Shown: positions 27,271 to 36,770, counted from the stretch's first letter. The stretch is 57,490 nt of DNA from Thermacetogeniaceae bacterium (GCA_050010575.1 JBEKKU010000001.1:1-57490), one strand, 5' to 3'. Translations and numbers: made by a program. Notes: generated from the sequence alone by a model not told the origin.

Positions 27271-28503
27271 TCAGCGCAGCATGGCGGTGACATTGCCCAA
27301 CCCTACCACAATGGTGATGGTTACAAAAAACATCAGCCCTACGGCCAGCACTGCAGCAAACACGATGAACAGATAGTTCCCCAGCAGGTGCAGGGCATCG
27401 CCGAGCCCCTGGGCGCCCAAGGGCTGCATCAGGGCCGCCGCCAGCCTGTAAACGATTACTGCCGACAGGATCTTCATCACCGGCAGGGCGCACAGGAAAA
27501 CCAGGGTCACCGCCCCGATGATGCCGATGGCGTTTTTCATGAACAGAGAGCAGCCCACCACCACGTCCACGGCGTCGGTCAGAATCTTGCCGATCACCGG
27601 CACAAATACTGCGGTGGCGAACCTGGCGGTGCGAATGCCGACCCCGTCGGTGATCGCCCCGGCAGCCCCCTGCACCGACAGCAGACCTAAAAATACGGTG
27701 ATAAACAGGCTGAGCAGGATGATGCTGCCGTCCCGGAAAAGCCCCGCTAGCCGCGATACCTGAAGGCGCTCGGAGAGCTGGTTGACAATACCCAGGATAG
27801 CGGCGCAGAAGATCAGGGGGAAGACCACATTGCTGGTCAGGGTGCCCAGTACCTCCAGCGCCATGACGATCGCTGGCTGCATCAGGGAAACGGTGGTGAG
27901 ACTGCCCATGGCGGCCATCAGGGTGAGGATCACCGGCAGCAGCGACTGCATCAGCCCGACCATATTGCCGATGGCGTCCCGCCCGGTGTTCACGGCCAGG
28001 GTGAAGGAACTCAGGGCCACGGTGAGCAGGGCCAATATCCCCACGCCATGGGCCAGCCGGGCGACGGTGTTCTCCTCAAAGGCGCTGGTCAGGTGCTCCA
28101 GCAGGGCCAGCAGCACCCCCAGCACCAGTAGTTTGCCAAGCAGGGCGCAGTGAGTCAGGACGTCCTGGAAAAAGACCTTGCCCAGCACCTGGAGCAGGCT
28201 GAAGATATTCAGCTTCAATTGGCCGCTCCGGATCGATTCCAGGGCCTTGACCAGGCTGAAGTCTGACAGTTGGGCCTGGAGGTCCTGGTCCACCTGCCTG
28301 ATGTATCCCTCCAGGTCCTTTAAATTCAATTGTTCAAACTGGGTGGCGATCAGATCGCCGGGGTTCGGCGCGGCCTGCGCATCCGGCGCCGCCTGAGTAC
28401 CGGGCGCAGTCTGAGTGACAGGCGCAGTTGCCGGCTCTGATCCGGGCTGTTGCGCCGCCCGAGCATCCGCCGGCAGCAGCAGCCACATAAACACTATCAC
28501 CAT
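27271..28503 (-). CDS. spoIIIAE: stage III sporulation protein AE
   Basis: Polytopic permease-like protein with a signal-peptide-like N-terminus (MVIVFMWLLLPADARA). The start is ambiguous: ATG 28503 has no obvious SD, while ATG 28656 has GAGGTG but reads 51 codons through the palindromic repeat. Confidence 0.85.
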   Translation of the reverse strand: MVIVFMWLLLPADARAAQQPGSEPATAPVTQTAPGTQAAPDAQAAPNPGDLIATQFEQLNLKDLEGYIRQVDQDLQAQLSDFSLVKALESIRSGQLKLNIFSLLQVLGKVFFQDVLTHCALLGKLLVLGVLLALLEHLTSAFEENTVARLAHGVGILALLTVALSSFTLAVNTGRDAIGNMVGLMQSLLPVILTLMAAMGSLTTVSLMQPAIVMALEVLGTLTSNVVFPLIFCAAILGIVNQLSERLQVSRLAGLFRDGSIILLSLFITVFLGLLSVQGAAGAITDGVGIRTARFATAVFVPVIGKILTDAVDVVVGCSLFMKNAIGIIGAVTLVFLCALPVMKILSAVIVYRLAAALMQPLGAQGLGDALHLLGNYLFIVFAAVLAVGLMFFVTITIVVGLGNVTAMLR

Positions 28504-28512
28504 GAGCGCGGT

Positions 28513-28568
28513 GAGCGCGGGGACGGTTCTCGCGCTCACGCGTGAGCGCGAGAACCGTCCCCGCGCTT
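28513..28568. repeat. palindromic repeat, full copy (two inverted hairpin units)
   Basis: GAGCGCGGGGACGGTTCTCGCGCTCAC-GC-GTGAGCGCGAGAACCGTCCCCGCGCTT. It can fold as one ~27-bp hairpin or as two 9-bp-stem hairpins. Confidence 0.9.
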
Positions 28569-28747
28569 CAGAACCAAGTAAACGTCCCCGCCATTTTCCG
28601 AAACCTGGTGACTGTGCTTCCGTTTTTTCCTGGAAACAACTAGTGAAAACTTTCATACCGGCACCTCATACAACACTTCGTCACCGAAGCCAACACAGTA
28701 ACGTAAACCATCGCCATGCATCCATCGTGACCGGTAGCAAACAGGAG

Positions 28748-28812
28748 CGAAACAAGAGAACCATCCTCGCGTTTTGCCGGCAGCTGAGCGCGAGAACCGT
28801 CCCCGCGCTCAG
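28748..28812. repeat. degenerate copy plus single hairpin unit of the same repeat family
   Basis: 28784-28812 reads CTGAGCGCG-AGAACCGTCCC-CGCGCTCAG and overlaps the spoIIIAD stop. 28748-28770 (cgaaacaagagaaccatcctcgc) matches 2355-2377 in reverse complement (GGTTCTCTTGTTTCG shared). Confidence 0.8.
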
Positions 28813-29195
28813 GGGAGCAGGCGGATGATGACTTCCAGGATGGCCGCAAAGATCGGGAGGGCCAGGATCATAATCAGGACCTTGCCCGCCAGTTCGATCT
28901 TATTGGCCACCATGCCCTCACCCGAATCCCGGCACACCTGGGCGCCAAACTCGGCAATGTAGGCAATCCCCAATATTTTTAACAGGGTGGCCAGGTAGAG
29001 CTCGTCCACCTGGGCGCGCCGGGTCACATCCTGGAACACGGTAATGATCGCCCCCAGCTTGTTCAGCACCATCAGGAAGACGATCACGCCAAAACCGAGA
29101 GCCAGCAGCATGGCCATCTCCGGGCGTTCCCGGCGCAGCAGCACCGCAAAAACCGCCACCACCAGGCCTAGCGCGACAACCTGCAGAATCTCCAA
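28809..29195 (-). CDS. spoIIIAD: stage III sporulation protein AD
   Basis: 128-aa, four-TM protein typical of SpoIIIAD. Confidence 0.88.
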   Translation of the reverse strand: MEILQVVALGLVVAVFAVLLRRERPEMAMLLALGFGVIVFLMVLNKLGAIITVFQDVTRRAQVDELYLATLLKILGIAYIAEFGAQVCRDSGEGMVANKIELAGKVLIMILALPIFAAILEVIIRLLP

Positions 29196-29219
29196 GGTTC
29201 TACACCCTTTACACCAGCC

Positions 29220-29417
29220 TCAGAACAGATGAAATACCGAACGCACCGTGGTAAACAACTGGTTGATCAGCTGCACAACCATGATCAGAACGACGACTAC
29301 TCCGGCCAATGTCACCATCTGGGCTTGCTCCTCCTTGTTTGCCTGTTTCAGGATGATGTGGAGCACGGAGATCAGGATACCGAGTCCGGCAATTTTAAAG
29401 ATCAGGTCAACATTCAT
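29220..29417 (-). CDS. spoIIIAC: stage III sporulation protein AC
   Basis: 65-aa, two-TM protein (MNVDLIFKIAGLGILISVL...). Confidence 0.88.
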   Translation of the reverse strand: MNVDLIFKIAGLGILISVLHIILKQANKEEQAQMVTLAGVVVVLIMVVQLINQLFTTVRSVFHLF

Positions 29418-29437
29418 CAGGCAGCCCCCTTCTCATC

Positions 29438-29956
29438 CTATAAAAACAACAACACCAGGCTGATGCCCACCAGAAATCCTCCATACTGCCAGATCCGTTC
29501 ATTTTTCTGGCAGGCCGTCTCGGCTTTTTCCGATTCCTGGCGCAGGTGGAACACAGTCAGCTCGATATGCTTATGCTGCTCGTTCCGGTCTGAGGAACCC
29601 AGGGCCTCGCCAAAGCTTTTTAGAATAGCCAGGTCCTCCTGCCTCAGAGCTGTGCGCCGGAAGTTGCGGTCAAAGGCCAGGCTCCAGGCCTCCCTTGCGC
29701 TGTAGCCATCGCTGGTGCCGAGCAGGCCGCCGGCATCCCGAAATACCGGGCCGATGCAGCCTCCGGTTGCAGCCGCTACCTTGCGCAGGGCCGCCGGCAG
29801 AGGGGTAGCCCCGTACATGATCTCCGTGTCCAGCAGTTGCAGGGCTTCCTGCAGTGCTCGCAGCTGGCGTGTGCGCAGGGAATAGACGGCGCCAACCCGC
29901 AGGCCTGCGAGGCCTGCTGAGCAGATGATCAGCAAAGAACCGATCAGTTTAAGCAT
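29438..29956 (-). CDS. spoIIIAB: stage III sporulation protein AB
   Basis: GspF-like small membrane protein. Start set at ATG 29956 (MLKLIGSLLIICSAG), overlapping the spoIIIAA end by 8 nt. Confidence 0.85.
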   Translation of the reverse strand: MLKLIGSLLIICSAGLAGLRVGAVYSLRTRQLRALQEALQLLDTEIMYGATPLPAALRKVAAATGGCIGPVFRDAGGLLGTSDGYSAREAWSLAFDRNFRRTALRQEDLAILKSFGEALGSSDRNEQHKHIELTVFHLRQESEKAETACQKNERIWQYGGFLVGISLVLLFL

Positions 29957-30956
29957 GGCCACCTCCCTCTCTTCCACAGCCCGGCAGCAACAGTCTCTGA
30001 TGCTCGTCCCAGATCCCCTCGAGCGTCCCCGGGCCCTTGCGCCTGCTCAGAAAGATATAGCGTTGGAAGACCCGCTCGGCGACCAGGTCCCGGAGATAGG
30101 GCCGCCGCTCCAGTTCCTCGAAGCGACTGGCATGCACGGTGGCCAGCACGCTCACCCCCGTATAGACCATCTCCCAGATAGCATCTACATCCTGTTGGCG
30201 GCCGATCTCGTCGGTGGCGATCACGTGGGGAGACATGGAACGAAGCAGCATCAGCATCCCGATCGCCTTGGGACAGTGGTCGAGGATATCCACCCGGGGG
30301 CCCAGGTCATGCTGGGGTACGCCCTCATAGCTGGCGGCAATCTCTCCCCGCTCGTCCACCACGCCAATTGAATAACCAGGAACCCCCAACTCTGCCACAC
30401 CGTAACTGAGCTGGCGTACCAGATCCCGCAGGATGGTGGTCTTCCCCGCCCGGGGCGGAGAGACGATCAGCGTATGATAGGGGCGCCCTTCCTGGCGGTT
30501 GATCAGGTAGGGCAGGAGGCGCCTGGCCGCTCCCGGCACCGCCCGGGCGATCCGGAAGCAGAGGCTGCCAATGTCACGCAGGGTTTTAAGGGAGCCCCCA
30601 TCCAGTACGGCCTTGCCCGCCAACCCCACCCGGTGCCCACCCGGCAGTGTCAGAAAGCCCTGCCGGAACTCCTCTTCAAAGGCATAGACAGAACTCTGAC
30701 TGATCAGTTGCACCGTTTTCCAGAGATCTTCCGCCGAGACCCGGTAGGCCGCCATGGGCAAGTCCGCCACATTGCCCCGCTGGTCAAGAAAGCAGTCCTG
30801 CCGGTCTGTCTTGATCGCCAGGGGGCGGCCCTGCCGCACCCGGATCTCTTCGAGGTTGCCGGCCAGCGAGGGGGACAACCGCTCCAGGATCTCTCTCAGC
30901 GATGGTGGCAGATAGACAAAGACCAGGCGCAGGTCGGCTACTGTATCCTGAGGCAT
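29949..30956 (-). CDS. spoIIIAA: stage III sporulation protein AA (secretion-type ATPase)
   Basis: 335 aa with Walker A SPPRAGKTT and Walker B-like ATDEIG; first gene of the operon. Confidence 0.9.
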   Translation of the reverse strand: MPQDTVADLRLVFVYLPPSLREILERLSPSLAGNLEEIRVRQGRPLAIKTDRQDCFLDQRGNVADLPMAAYRVSAEDLWKTVQLISQSSVYAFEEEFRQGFLTLPGGHRVGLAGKAVLDGGSLKTLRDIGSLCFRIARAVPGAARRLLPYLINRQEGRPYHTLIVSPPRAGKTTILRDLVRQLSYGVAELGVPGYSIGVVDERGEIAASYEGVPQHDLGPRVDILDHCPKAIGMLMLLRSMSPHVIATDEIGRQQDVDAIWEMVYTGVSVLATVHASRFEELERRPYLRDLVAERVFQRYIFLSRRKGPGTLEGIWDEHQRLLLPGCGREGGGHA

Positions 30957-30978
30957 CCGTATCCCCCCTGTCCTTATA

Positions 30979-31007
30979 TAGATATGGCTCTATTACCAGC
31001 TTTATGA
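30979..31007 (-). promoter_or_regulatory. sigma-E-type promoter of the spoIIIA operon
   Basis: The minus strand reads TTCATAAA-N14-CATATCTA, close to the sigma-E consensus (xCATAxx / CATACAxT). It lies 23-51 nt upstream of the spoIIIAA ATG; spoIIIA is sigma-E dependent in B. subtilis. Confidence 0.45.
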
Positions 31008-31008
31008 A

Positions 31009-31050
31009 ATTATCAAGCCTTCCAGCTCGCCAGCTGGAAGGCTTGATAAT
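31009..31050 (-). terminator. 19-bp-stem hairpin after the acidic Zn-ribbon gene (terminator-like, poor U-tract)
   Basis: ATTATCAAGCCTTCCAGCT-CGCC-AGCTGGAAGGCTTGATAAT. Confidence 0.5.
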
Positions 31051-31083
31051 CCTGATTGTGTTTTTTACTTGTCCAATAACCGG

Positions 31084-31635
31084 CTAGATGTCCTCGGTCT
31101 CCTCGCCTCTGGCCGGGTCTTTCTTGGCTTTCCCGGAGCCCTGGGGGGGCGGCATCGAACCGTCGTTGACAAACACCACCTGATTGCAGTTGGGGCAGGT
31201 GATCTCCACGATATCGGCGCCAGCGAGGAGATCTTCCTCAAAACAGATGATGTCGTGGCAGTTCTGGCATTCCACCTCTACATAGTTCAACTCTTCATCG
31301 GAGTCGCTGTCCGAGATCTCATCCTCATCCTCGCTCTCGATCTCGATCTCCACCTCCTGCCCGCCTCCGGCAGGTCCGGTCCCGGATTCCTCATCATCTT
31401 CCAACCCGTCCTCGTCTTCTTCCTCGTCCTCGTCGCCGTACAGGTCCTCATCGATGCTTTCCAGGTAATCCTCCAGGTCCTCCTGGGCGGCCTGGACCTC
31501 CTCCACCTTATCGATCAGGTCGGCGAGTATATCGATTATCTTCTTGAGGACGCGGGCCTCATCCTTTCCTTCCTCGAATTTCAGCCCTTCAGCCAATCCT
31601 TGCAGATAAGCAACTCTTTCACGCAAGTCATCCAT
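31084..31635 (-). CDS. highly acidic protein with C-terminal CxxC...CxxC zinc ribbon (conserved Clostridia family between efp and spoIIIAA)
   Basis: 183 aa: helical N-terminus, a ~70-residue D/E tract, then ECQNCHDIICFEE...ITCPNCNQVVF. Confidence 0.7.
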   Translation of the reverse strand: MDDLRERVAYLQGLAEGLKFEEGKDEARVLKKIIDILADLIDKVEEVQAAQEDLEDYLESIDEDLYGDEDEEEDEDGLEDDEESGTGPAGGGQEVEIEIESEDEDEISDSDSDEELNYVEVECQNCHDIICFEEDLLAGADIVEITCPNCNQVVFVNDGSMPPPQGSGKAKKDPARGEETEDI

Positions 31636-31680
31636 AGCCTTACCTCCCTGACATGTTTACGACTTTAGCCTGCTATCTAT

Positions 31681-32238
31681 TTACACTCGCTCCAGGTACT
31701 GTCCGGACCTGGTATCCACCCTGATTACCGTACCCGCTTCAATAAACAGGGGCACCTGGATGATCAGGCCGGTCTCCAGGGTGGCCGGCTTGGTGCCTCC
31801 GGTGGCGGTATCACCGCGGACTCCCGGGTCGGCCTCGACCACCTTGAGCTCCACGGTATTGGGCAGTTCCACCCCGATCAGGGCGCCGTTGTACGTGAGC
31901 AGGTAAATATTCATATTTTCCTTGAGGTACTTGACATTGTCCCCCAGCTGGTCGAGCCCGAGGCTATACTGTTCGTAGCTCTCGTTGTCCATAAAGAAGA
32001 AGGAGTCCCCGTCCCGGTACAGGTACTGCGTCTCCCTGTGGTCCATATGCGCCCGCGCCAGCTTCTCGCCAGCCCGGAAGGTCCGCTCCACCACACCGTT
32101 GGTGCGCAGGTTCTTCAGCTTGCAGCGCACAAAGGCCGAGCCCTTGCCCGGCTTGACATGCTGGAACTCCACCACCGAAAATATATCTCCATCCACCTCG
32201 ATGGTCAAGCCGGTACGAAAATCGTTTGATGAGATCAT
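31681..32238 (-). CDS. efp: translation elongation factor P
   Basis: 185 aa, beginning [43 protein letters not shown]. Confidence 0.97.
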   Translation of the reverse strand: MISSNDFRTGLTIEVDGDIFSVVEFQHVKPGKGSAFVRCKLKNLRTNGVVERTFRAGEKLARAHMDHRETQYLYRDGDSFFFMDNESYEQYSLGLDQLGDNVKYLKENMNIYLLTYNGALIGVELPNTVELKVVEADPGVRGDTATGGTKPATLETGLIIQVPLFIEAGTVIRVDTRSGQYLERV

Positions 32239-32386
32239 GTTGTGGCCTGGCCAATTTTAAAGCAGCATGATCCGGGCCAGGTTTCCTCTCCTTTCGTTCC
32301 CATGTTCGCTAAATTACTAATCTGCCCAGGGATATCTATTTTAATCCAGCACCCGGCGACGAGAGCCGCCGAAGTGCCGTTGCCGA

Positions 32387-33478
32387 TCAGATCACCATGA
32401 AATCTTTGGTCACCGGGGTCAGGATCTCGTAGCCGGTGGCTGTCACCAGCACGGTATCTTCGATGCGTACGCCCCCCCACCCGGGCAGGTAGATCCCCGG
32501 CTCCACCGAGGTCACCATGCCTGGTTTCAGGATCACCTCATGCCGCGGAGCGAGCCTGGGTGGCTCGTGAATATTCAGCCCAATGCCGTGGCCGAGGGCA
32601 TGCGTGAAATAATCCCCATAGCCAGCCCTGGTGATCACCTGGCGCGCCGCCGCATCCACCTCGTTGGCAGCAACTCCCGGCCGGATCAATTCCAGGGCGC
32701 TGAGCTGCGCCTCCAGCACCACGTCGTAGACATGGCGCTGCTTGGCGTCGGACCGGCCCACGCACACCGTGCGGGTCAGGTCCGACATATAACCCTGGTA
32801 GGAGGCCCCGAAATCCATCACTACCAGTTGTCCAGCCATAAGCTGGCTGTCCGTGGCGCGCCCGTGGGGCATCGCTCCGCGCTCTCCGGCTGCCACGATG
32901 GTCTCGAAGGCAGGCATGCCGCCACCCCGGCTGCGCATAAAATACTCCAGGCGACTGGCGATATCCTGTTCGGTCTGCCCGGCGTGCATGTGCCCGAGCA
33001 GGTAGCAGTATGCCGCCCCGGTGATCACTCCTGCCTCCTGCAGCAGAGCGATCTCATCGGTATCTTTGATCAGCCGCAGTTTTTCCACTAGCCCCAGGAC
33101 CGGCCGCAGCCTGATGCCGCTGAAATATTCCTGGAACTGCTCGAACTGCTGGTAGGTGACATCGTCTTTCTCAAACCCCAGCTCTTGCACACCGTGCTTC
33201 CGGCAGGCATCGGCCAGCGCCTCCGGCGAGGAGGTCTCTGAAAGCAACACCTGCCATCCCGGGGCCTCCAATTGCGCCTGGGTCCCGTAGCGGCCGTCCG
33301 TGAGCAGGGAGGCCTCGTCGGGTGTGATCAGGATAATGCCGAAGCTTCCGGTAAATCCGCTGATATATCTCCTGTTTTCCAGCTTGGTTACCAGCAGGGC
33401 CTTGAGCTCCCGCTCCGCCATGAATTTCCGGAGCAGCCTCAACCTCCTGGCCATGTTGTCTGGTCTACCTGCTGTCAT
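32387..33478 (-). CDS. pepP: Xaa-Pro aminopeptidase (M24B)
   Basis: 363 aa with creatinase-like N-domain and M24 metal ligands (DFGASYQGYMSDLTRT, HALGHGIG, EPGIY). Alternative start at ATG 33454. Confidence 0.9.
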   Translation of the reverse strand: MTAGRPDNMARRLRLLRKFMAERELKALLVTKLENRRYISGFTGSFGIILITPDEASLLTDGRYGTQAQLEAPGWQVLLSETSSPEALADACRKHGVQELGFEKDDVTYQQFEQFQEYFSGIRLRPVLGLVEKLRLIKDTDEIALLQEAGVITGAAYCYLLGHMHAGQTEQDIASRLEYFMRSRGGGMPAFETIVAAGERGAMPHGRATDSQLMAGQLVVMDFGASYQGYMSDLTRTVCVGRSDAKQRHVYDVVLEAQLSALELIRPGVAANEVDAAARQVITRAGYGDYFTHALGHGIGLNIHEPPRLAPRHEVILKPGMVTSVEPGIYLPGWGGVRIEDTVLVTATGYEILTPVTKDFMVI

Positions 33479-33926
33479 GTCCTTGCCTTTCCGCCTTCAG
33501 CAACTGGCTGGCCGCAGCCAGGGCCAAGGAATAGCTCCGGCTCCCAAAACCGGCGATCTGGCCGCTGGCTACCGGGGCAATCACCGACTGGCGCCGCCAG
33601 GACTCCCGGGCATAGATATTGCTCATGTGCACCTCGATCACCGGCAGCCCCACCGCCTTCAGGGCATCCCGCAGGGCATAGCTATAATGGGTAAGGGCGC
33701 CGGGATTGATGATGATCAGGGCACAGCGCCGGGCAGCCTCATGGATCTTGTCGATCAGCTCGCCCTCGTGATTGGATTGAAAGCACTCCACCTCAAGGCC
33801 GCGCAGTTCCCCCTGCCGCCGCAGATCATCGTCGATATCCCCAAGGGATGCCGCCCCATAGATCTCCGGTTCCCGTACCCCGGTCAGGTTGAGATTGGGC
33901 CCGTGCAATACCATAATCCGTGGCAC
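33465..33926 (-). CDS. aroQ: type II 3-dehydroquinate dehydratase
   Basis: Contains HGPNLNLTGVREPEIYG and QSNHEGELIDKIH. The GTG start at 33926 lies 7 nt after GGGGGAGG; the longer ORF-track start overlaps pmbA. Confidence 0.92.
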   Translation of the reverse strand: MPRIMVLHGPNLNLTGVREPEIYGAASLGDIDDDLRRQGELRGLEVECFQSNHEGELIDKIHEAARRCALIIINPGALTHYSYALRDALKAVGLPVIEVHMSNIYARESWRRQSVIAPVASGQIAGFGSRSYSLALAAASQLLKAERQGHDSR

Positions 33927-33966
33927 TTTGATACCTCCCCCGCACCTGATGGTTCCAGGCACCGGT

Positions 33967-35304
33967 CTATTCACCGCTGATGGTCAGCCTGGCCACCCGT
34001 ACCGTGGGCGCCCCCTTGCCTACAAAGAAGCGCAGGTCCCTGCCGACCGCATCGATTCCTGCCAGCAGTTCCAGGATGTTGCCAGCTATTACCATACCCC
34101 GTACCGGTGTTGTAAATTCGCCATGTTCAATCCAAATTCCTGCCGCACCCACCGAAAAATCGCCTGAGATCGGGTTCACCGTGTGCATTCCCATGACGTC
34201 GGTCAGGTAGATGCCGCTGGTCGTCTGCTTGATAATCTCATCCTGGTCCAGGTCGCCCGGCGCCAGGTAGAAGTTGGTGCTGCCCAGTTCCGGAGGCGAT
34301 TTGTAGGAGCCCCGGCTGGCGTTGCCGGTGGAGGCCAGGCCGTCCTTGGCTCCTGTATAGGAGTTCTGCAGAAAACCCTGCAGTTTGCCACCTTGGATCA
34401 GGACATTGCGCTGGCTGGGCACCCCCTCCCCGTCAAAGGGAGCGCTCATCAGTCCGCCCTGCAGAGTACCATCATCGATGATGGTGATGCCGTCAGCCGC
34501 CACTTGCTCGCCAATACGCCCAGCAAACAGGGAGCGGCCCTTCTGCACCGCTTCCGCCGTCAGGGCCGAGGCGAGTACTCCCAGGAAATTGGTGACCACG
34601 TAGGGGTCGAAAACGACCGCCGCCCGCCTGGTGCCCAACCGGCGCGAACCCAGCAGGCGGACCGCCTTGAGGGCCGCCTCACGTCCGATCGCCTCCGGAT
34701 CCAACTCGGCGTAGCGGCGTGAATATTGGAGGCCGAACCCGGATTGCTGCTCCCCGTTGGCGCCGGCCACCAGTGCGGCCACCCCGCCGCAGTAGCTGCC
34801 TTCGTCCGAGGCCGAGACACCCCGGGAATTGGCGATGCTCACCTGGTAATGGGACTCCTCGTAGGCAGCCTGCTCGGTAACCTGGATGCGGGGGTCGTAG
34901 GACCGGCCGCTCTGCTCGATCCGGCGCGCCAAGGCGATTTTATCCTCCAGGGGGATCTCCTTGAGGGCGGGATCTCCCAGATTGATGGCGGGGTATGCTG
35001 CAGGCGGCTCCGGTAGGTTGTTGAAGGAGTCGGGGCTGGCGACGCGGGCGTTGGCCAGGGCGGCGCCGACCGCCTCCTGGATGGCCGGCCAGGACCGGTC
35101 GGAGGAGTAGGCGAACCCCAGGCAGCCGTCCCGGAGGATGCGGATGCCCACCCCGGACTCCTGAGCCACTTTTAAATTTTCCACCTCGCCGTCCCGGACC
35201 TCGATGACGATCTCCTCGCTGCGGTCGAAATAGACCTCCGCCGCCTCGGCGCCGCTGCGCCCCGCCTCTTCCACGGCAGCATTGACCAGTGCCTGCCCGC
35301 TCAT
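33967..35304 (-). CDS. pmbA: TldE/PmbA family metalloprotease subunit
   Basis: PmbA_TldD family sequence paired with tldD. The ATG at 35304 is preferred because it lies downstream of the tldD stop. Confidence 0.88.
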   Translation of the reverse strand: MSGQALVNAAVEEAGRSGAEAAEVYFDRSEEIVIEVRDGEVENLKVAQESGVGIRILRDGCLGFAYSSDRSWPAIQEAVGAALANARVASPDSFNNLPEPPAAYPAINLGDPALKEIPLEDKIALARRIEQSGRSYDPRIQVTEQAAYEESHYQVSIANSRGVSASDEGSYCGGVAALVAGANGEQQSGFGLQYSRRYAELDPEAIGREAALKAVRLLGSRRLGTRRAAVVFDPYVVTNFLGVLASALTAEAVQKGRSLFAGRIGEQVAADGITIIDDGTLQGGLMSAPFDGEGVPSQRNVLIQGGKLQGFLQNSYTGAKDGLASTGNASRGSYKSPPELGSTNFYLAPGDLDQDEIIKQTTSGIYLTDVMGMHTVNPISGDFSVGAAGIWIEHGEFTTPVRGMVIAGNILELLAGIDAVGRDLRFFVGKGAPTVRVARLTISGE

Positions 35305-35317
35305 TCCGTCTGTGCTT

Positions 35318-36736
35318 CTAATCGTCCTCACCCTCTTCCTCGGCGCCGCTTCCATCCTCGATGATCCCGCCCACGGTCAGGGACGGTATCCTGATCGTCG
35401 GCTGGGCGTCGGAAACCGGCACCCCCTGCCCTTCCTTGCCGCAGACTCCCAGGGAGAAGCCAAAGTCGCTCCCCACCAGGTCGATCTGGTTCAATACGTC
35501 CGGCCCGTTGCCGGTTAGGGTAGCTCCCCGTACCGGCGCCGTCACCTCGCCGTCCTCGATCAGGTAGCCTTCGGGCACATCGAAAACGAAATCGCCGTTG
35601 GTGGTGTTCACCTGGCCGCCGCCCATGCGGCGCACCAGCAGCCCTGATTTGGTCTCCCTGATAATCTCTGCGGGTGAGGACTCGCCAGAGGCCAGGTAGG
35701 TAGTGGACATCCTGGGGATCGGGCGGTGCTGAAAAGATTGCCGGCGGCCGTTGCCGGTCGGTTCCGCCCCGTCCTTGACGGCGGTGATGTGGTCATACAT
35801 GAAACCGCTCAGCACACCTTTGTCGATCAGCACCGTCTTTTGGGCCGGGTGGCCCTCGTCGTCAAACCGGAAGGACCCGAACCGGCCCGGCAGGGTGCCA
35901 TCGTCCACCACCGTCACCAGCGGTGAGGCCACCTGCTCCCCCTTCTTCCCGGAGTATACCGACAGGTTCTTCTGGGCGAGGTCCGCCTCCAGCCCATGGC
36001 CACAGGCCTCGTGAATCATGGTGCCCCCGGCCTCGCCGGACAACACCACTGGCATGCGCCCCGCTGGCGCCCGCCGGGCATGCAGCATCAGCAGGGCGCG
36101 CCGGGCGGCCTGGCGGCCCAGTTCGGATGGCCGCTCCTCGTCGAATAACTCGCAACCCTTCGTCCCTCCGGCCGAGTCGTAACCGGTCTGAATCACTGCG
36201 CCCTCTGCCGCCACAGCGTTCACCGACATGCGGCAACGCACCCGCTCGTCTTCGACATAGGCGCCATCGGTGTTGGCGATGGTCACCTGCTGGCAGGTGT
36301 CGGCATAACCCACCGACACCTGCCGCAACAGTTTCTCGTCCTGGCTCCGGGCTGACTGCTCGGCCTCCCGGACCAGGGCCACCTTCTCCTCCACCAGCGT
36401 GTCGTCGGGGCGTCTGGCCACGGGCAACTGCACCGGCGATGACCGCCGCTCCAGCACCACTGCCGCAGTCTCGTCCGACTGGGCAGCCCGGGCGACCTGC
36501 TCGGCCAGTTTTAATAAGCTCTCCCCGTCCAGGGCGTTGGTATAGCCGTAGGCCGTATGATCACCGTGCACCGCCCTGATCCCAGCCCCCTGCTCCCGGC
36601 CGGAGATCACCCGCTCGATCTGCCGGTCCTCGCAGCCGATCCGAGTCGACTCCAGTTGTTCCATGAAGATCTCGGCAAAATCGCTGCCCCGCCGGGCAAT
36701 TTTTAATATTTCCTCAAGATCAGTCCTATCGAGCAC
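35318..36736 (-). CDS. tldD: TldD family metalloprotease subunit
   Basis: 472 aa with the HEACGHGLE zinc motif. GTG start after GGAGGG. Confidence 0.92.
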   Translation of the reverse strand: MLDRTDLEEILKIARRGSDFAEIFMEQLESTRIGCEDRQIERVISGREQGAGIRAVHGDHTAYGYTNALDGESLLKLAEQVARAAQSDETAAVVLERRSSPVQLPVARRPDDTLVEEKVALVREAEQSARSQDEKLLRQVSVGYADTCQQVTIANTDGAYVEDERVRCRMSVNAVAAEGAVIQTGYDSAGGTKGCELFDEERPSELGRQAARRALLMLHARRAPAGRMPVVLSGEAGGTMIHEACGHGLEADLAQKNLSVYSGKKGEQVASPLVTVVDDGTLPGRFGSFRFDDEGHPAQKTVLIDKGVLSGFMYDHITAVKDGAEPTGNGRRQSFQHRPIPRMSTTYLASGESSPAEIIRETKSGLLVRRMGGGQVNTTNGDFVFDVPEGYLIEDGEVTAPVRGATLTGNGPDVLNQIDLVGSDFGFSLGVCGKEGQGVPVSDAQPTIRIPSLTVGGIIEDGSGAEEEGEDD

Positions 36737-36770
36737 CTATTTACCCTCCATGCCGATTCCATCGATGTAT

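Noticed and set aside
28504-28812. The repeated palindromes could have been a small CRISPR array.
   Set aside because: There are only two or three copies, in inverted rather than direct orientation, with irregular spacing and degenerate variants. No cas genes are present. Copies also occur singly at 16792-16849 and 2355-2377, which is REP/MITE-like behaviour.
31069-31668. A 199-aa plus-strand ORF opposite the acidic zinc-ribbon gene.
   Set aside because: It is the mirror image of the GAx/GAG codon repeats of the minus-strand gene. The Leu/Val/Phe-rich translation is an artefact of the acidic tract, and the minus-strand gene has the SD, the zinc-ribbon motif and the terminator.
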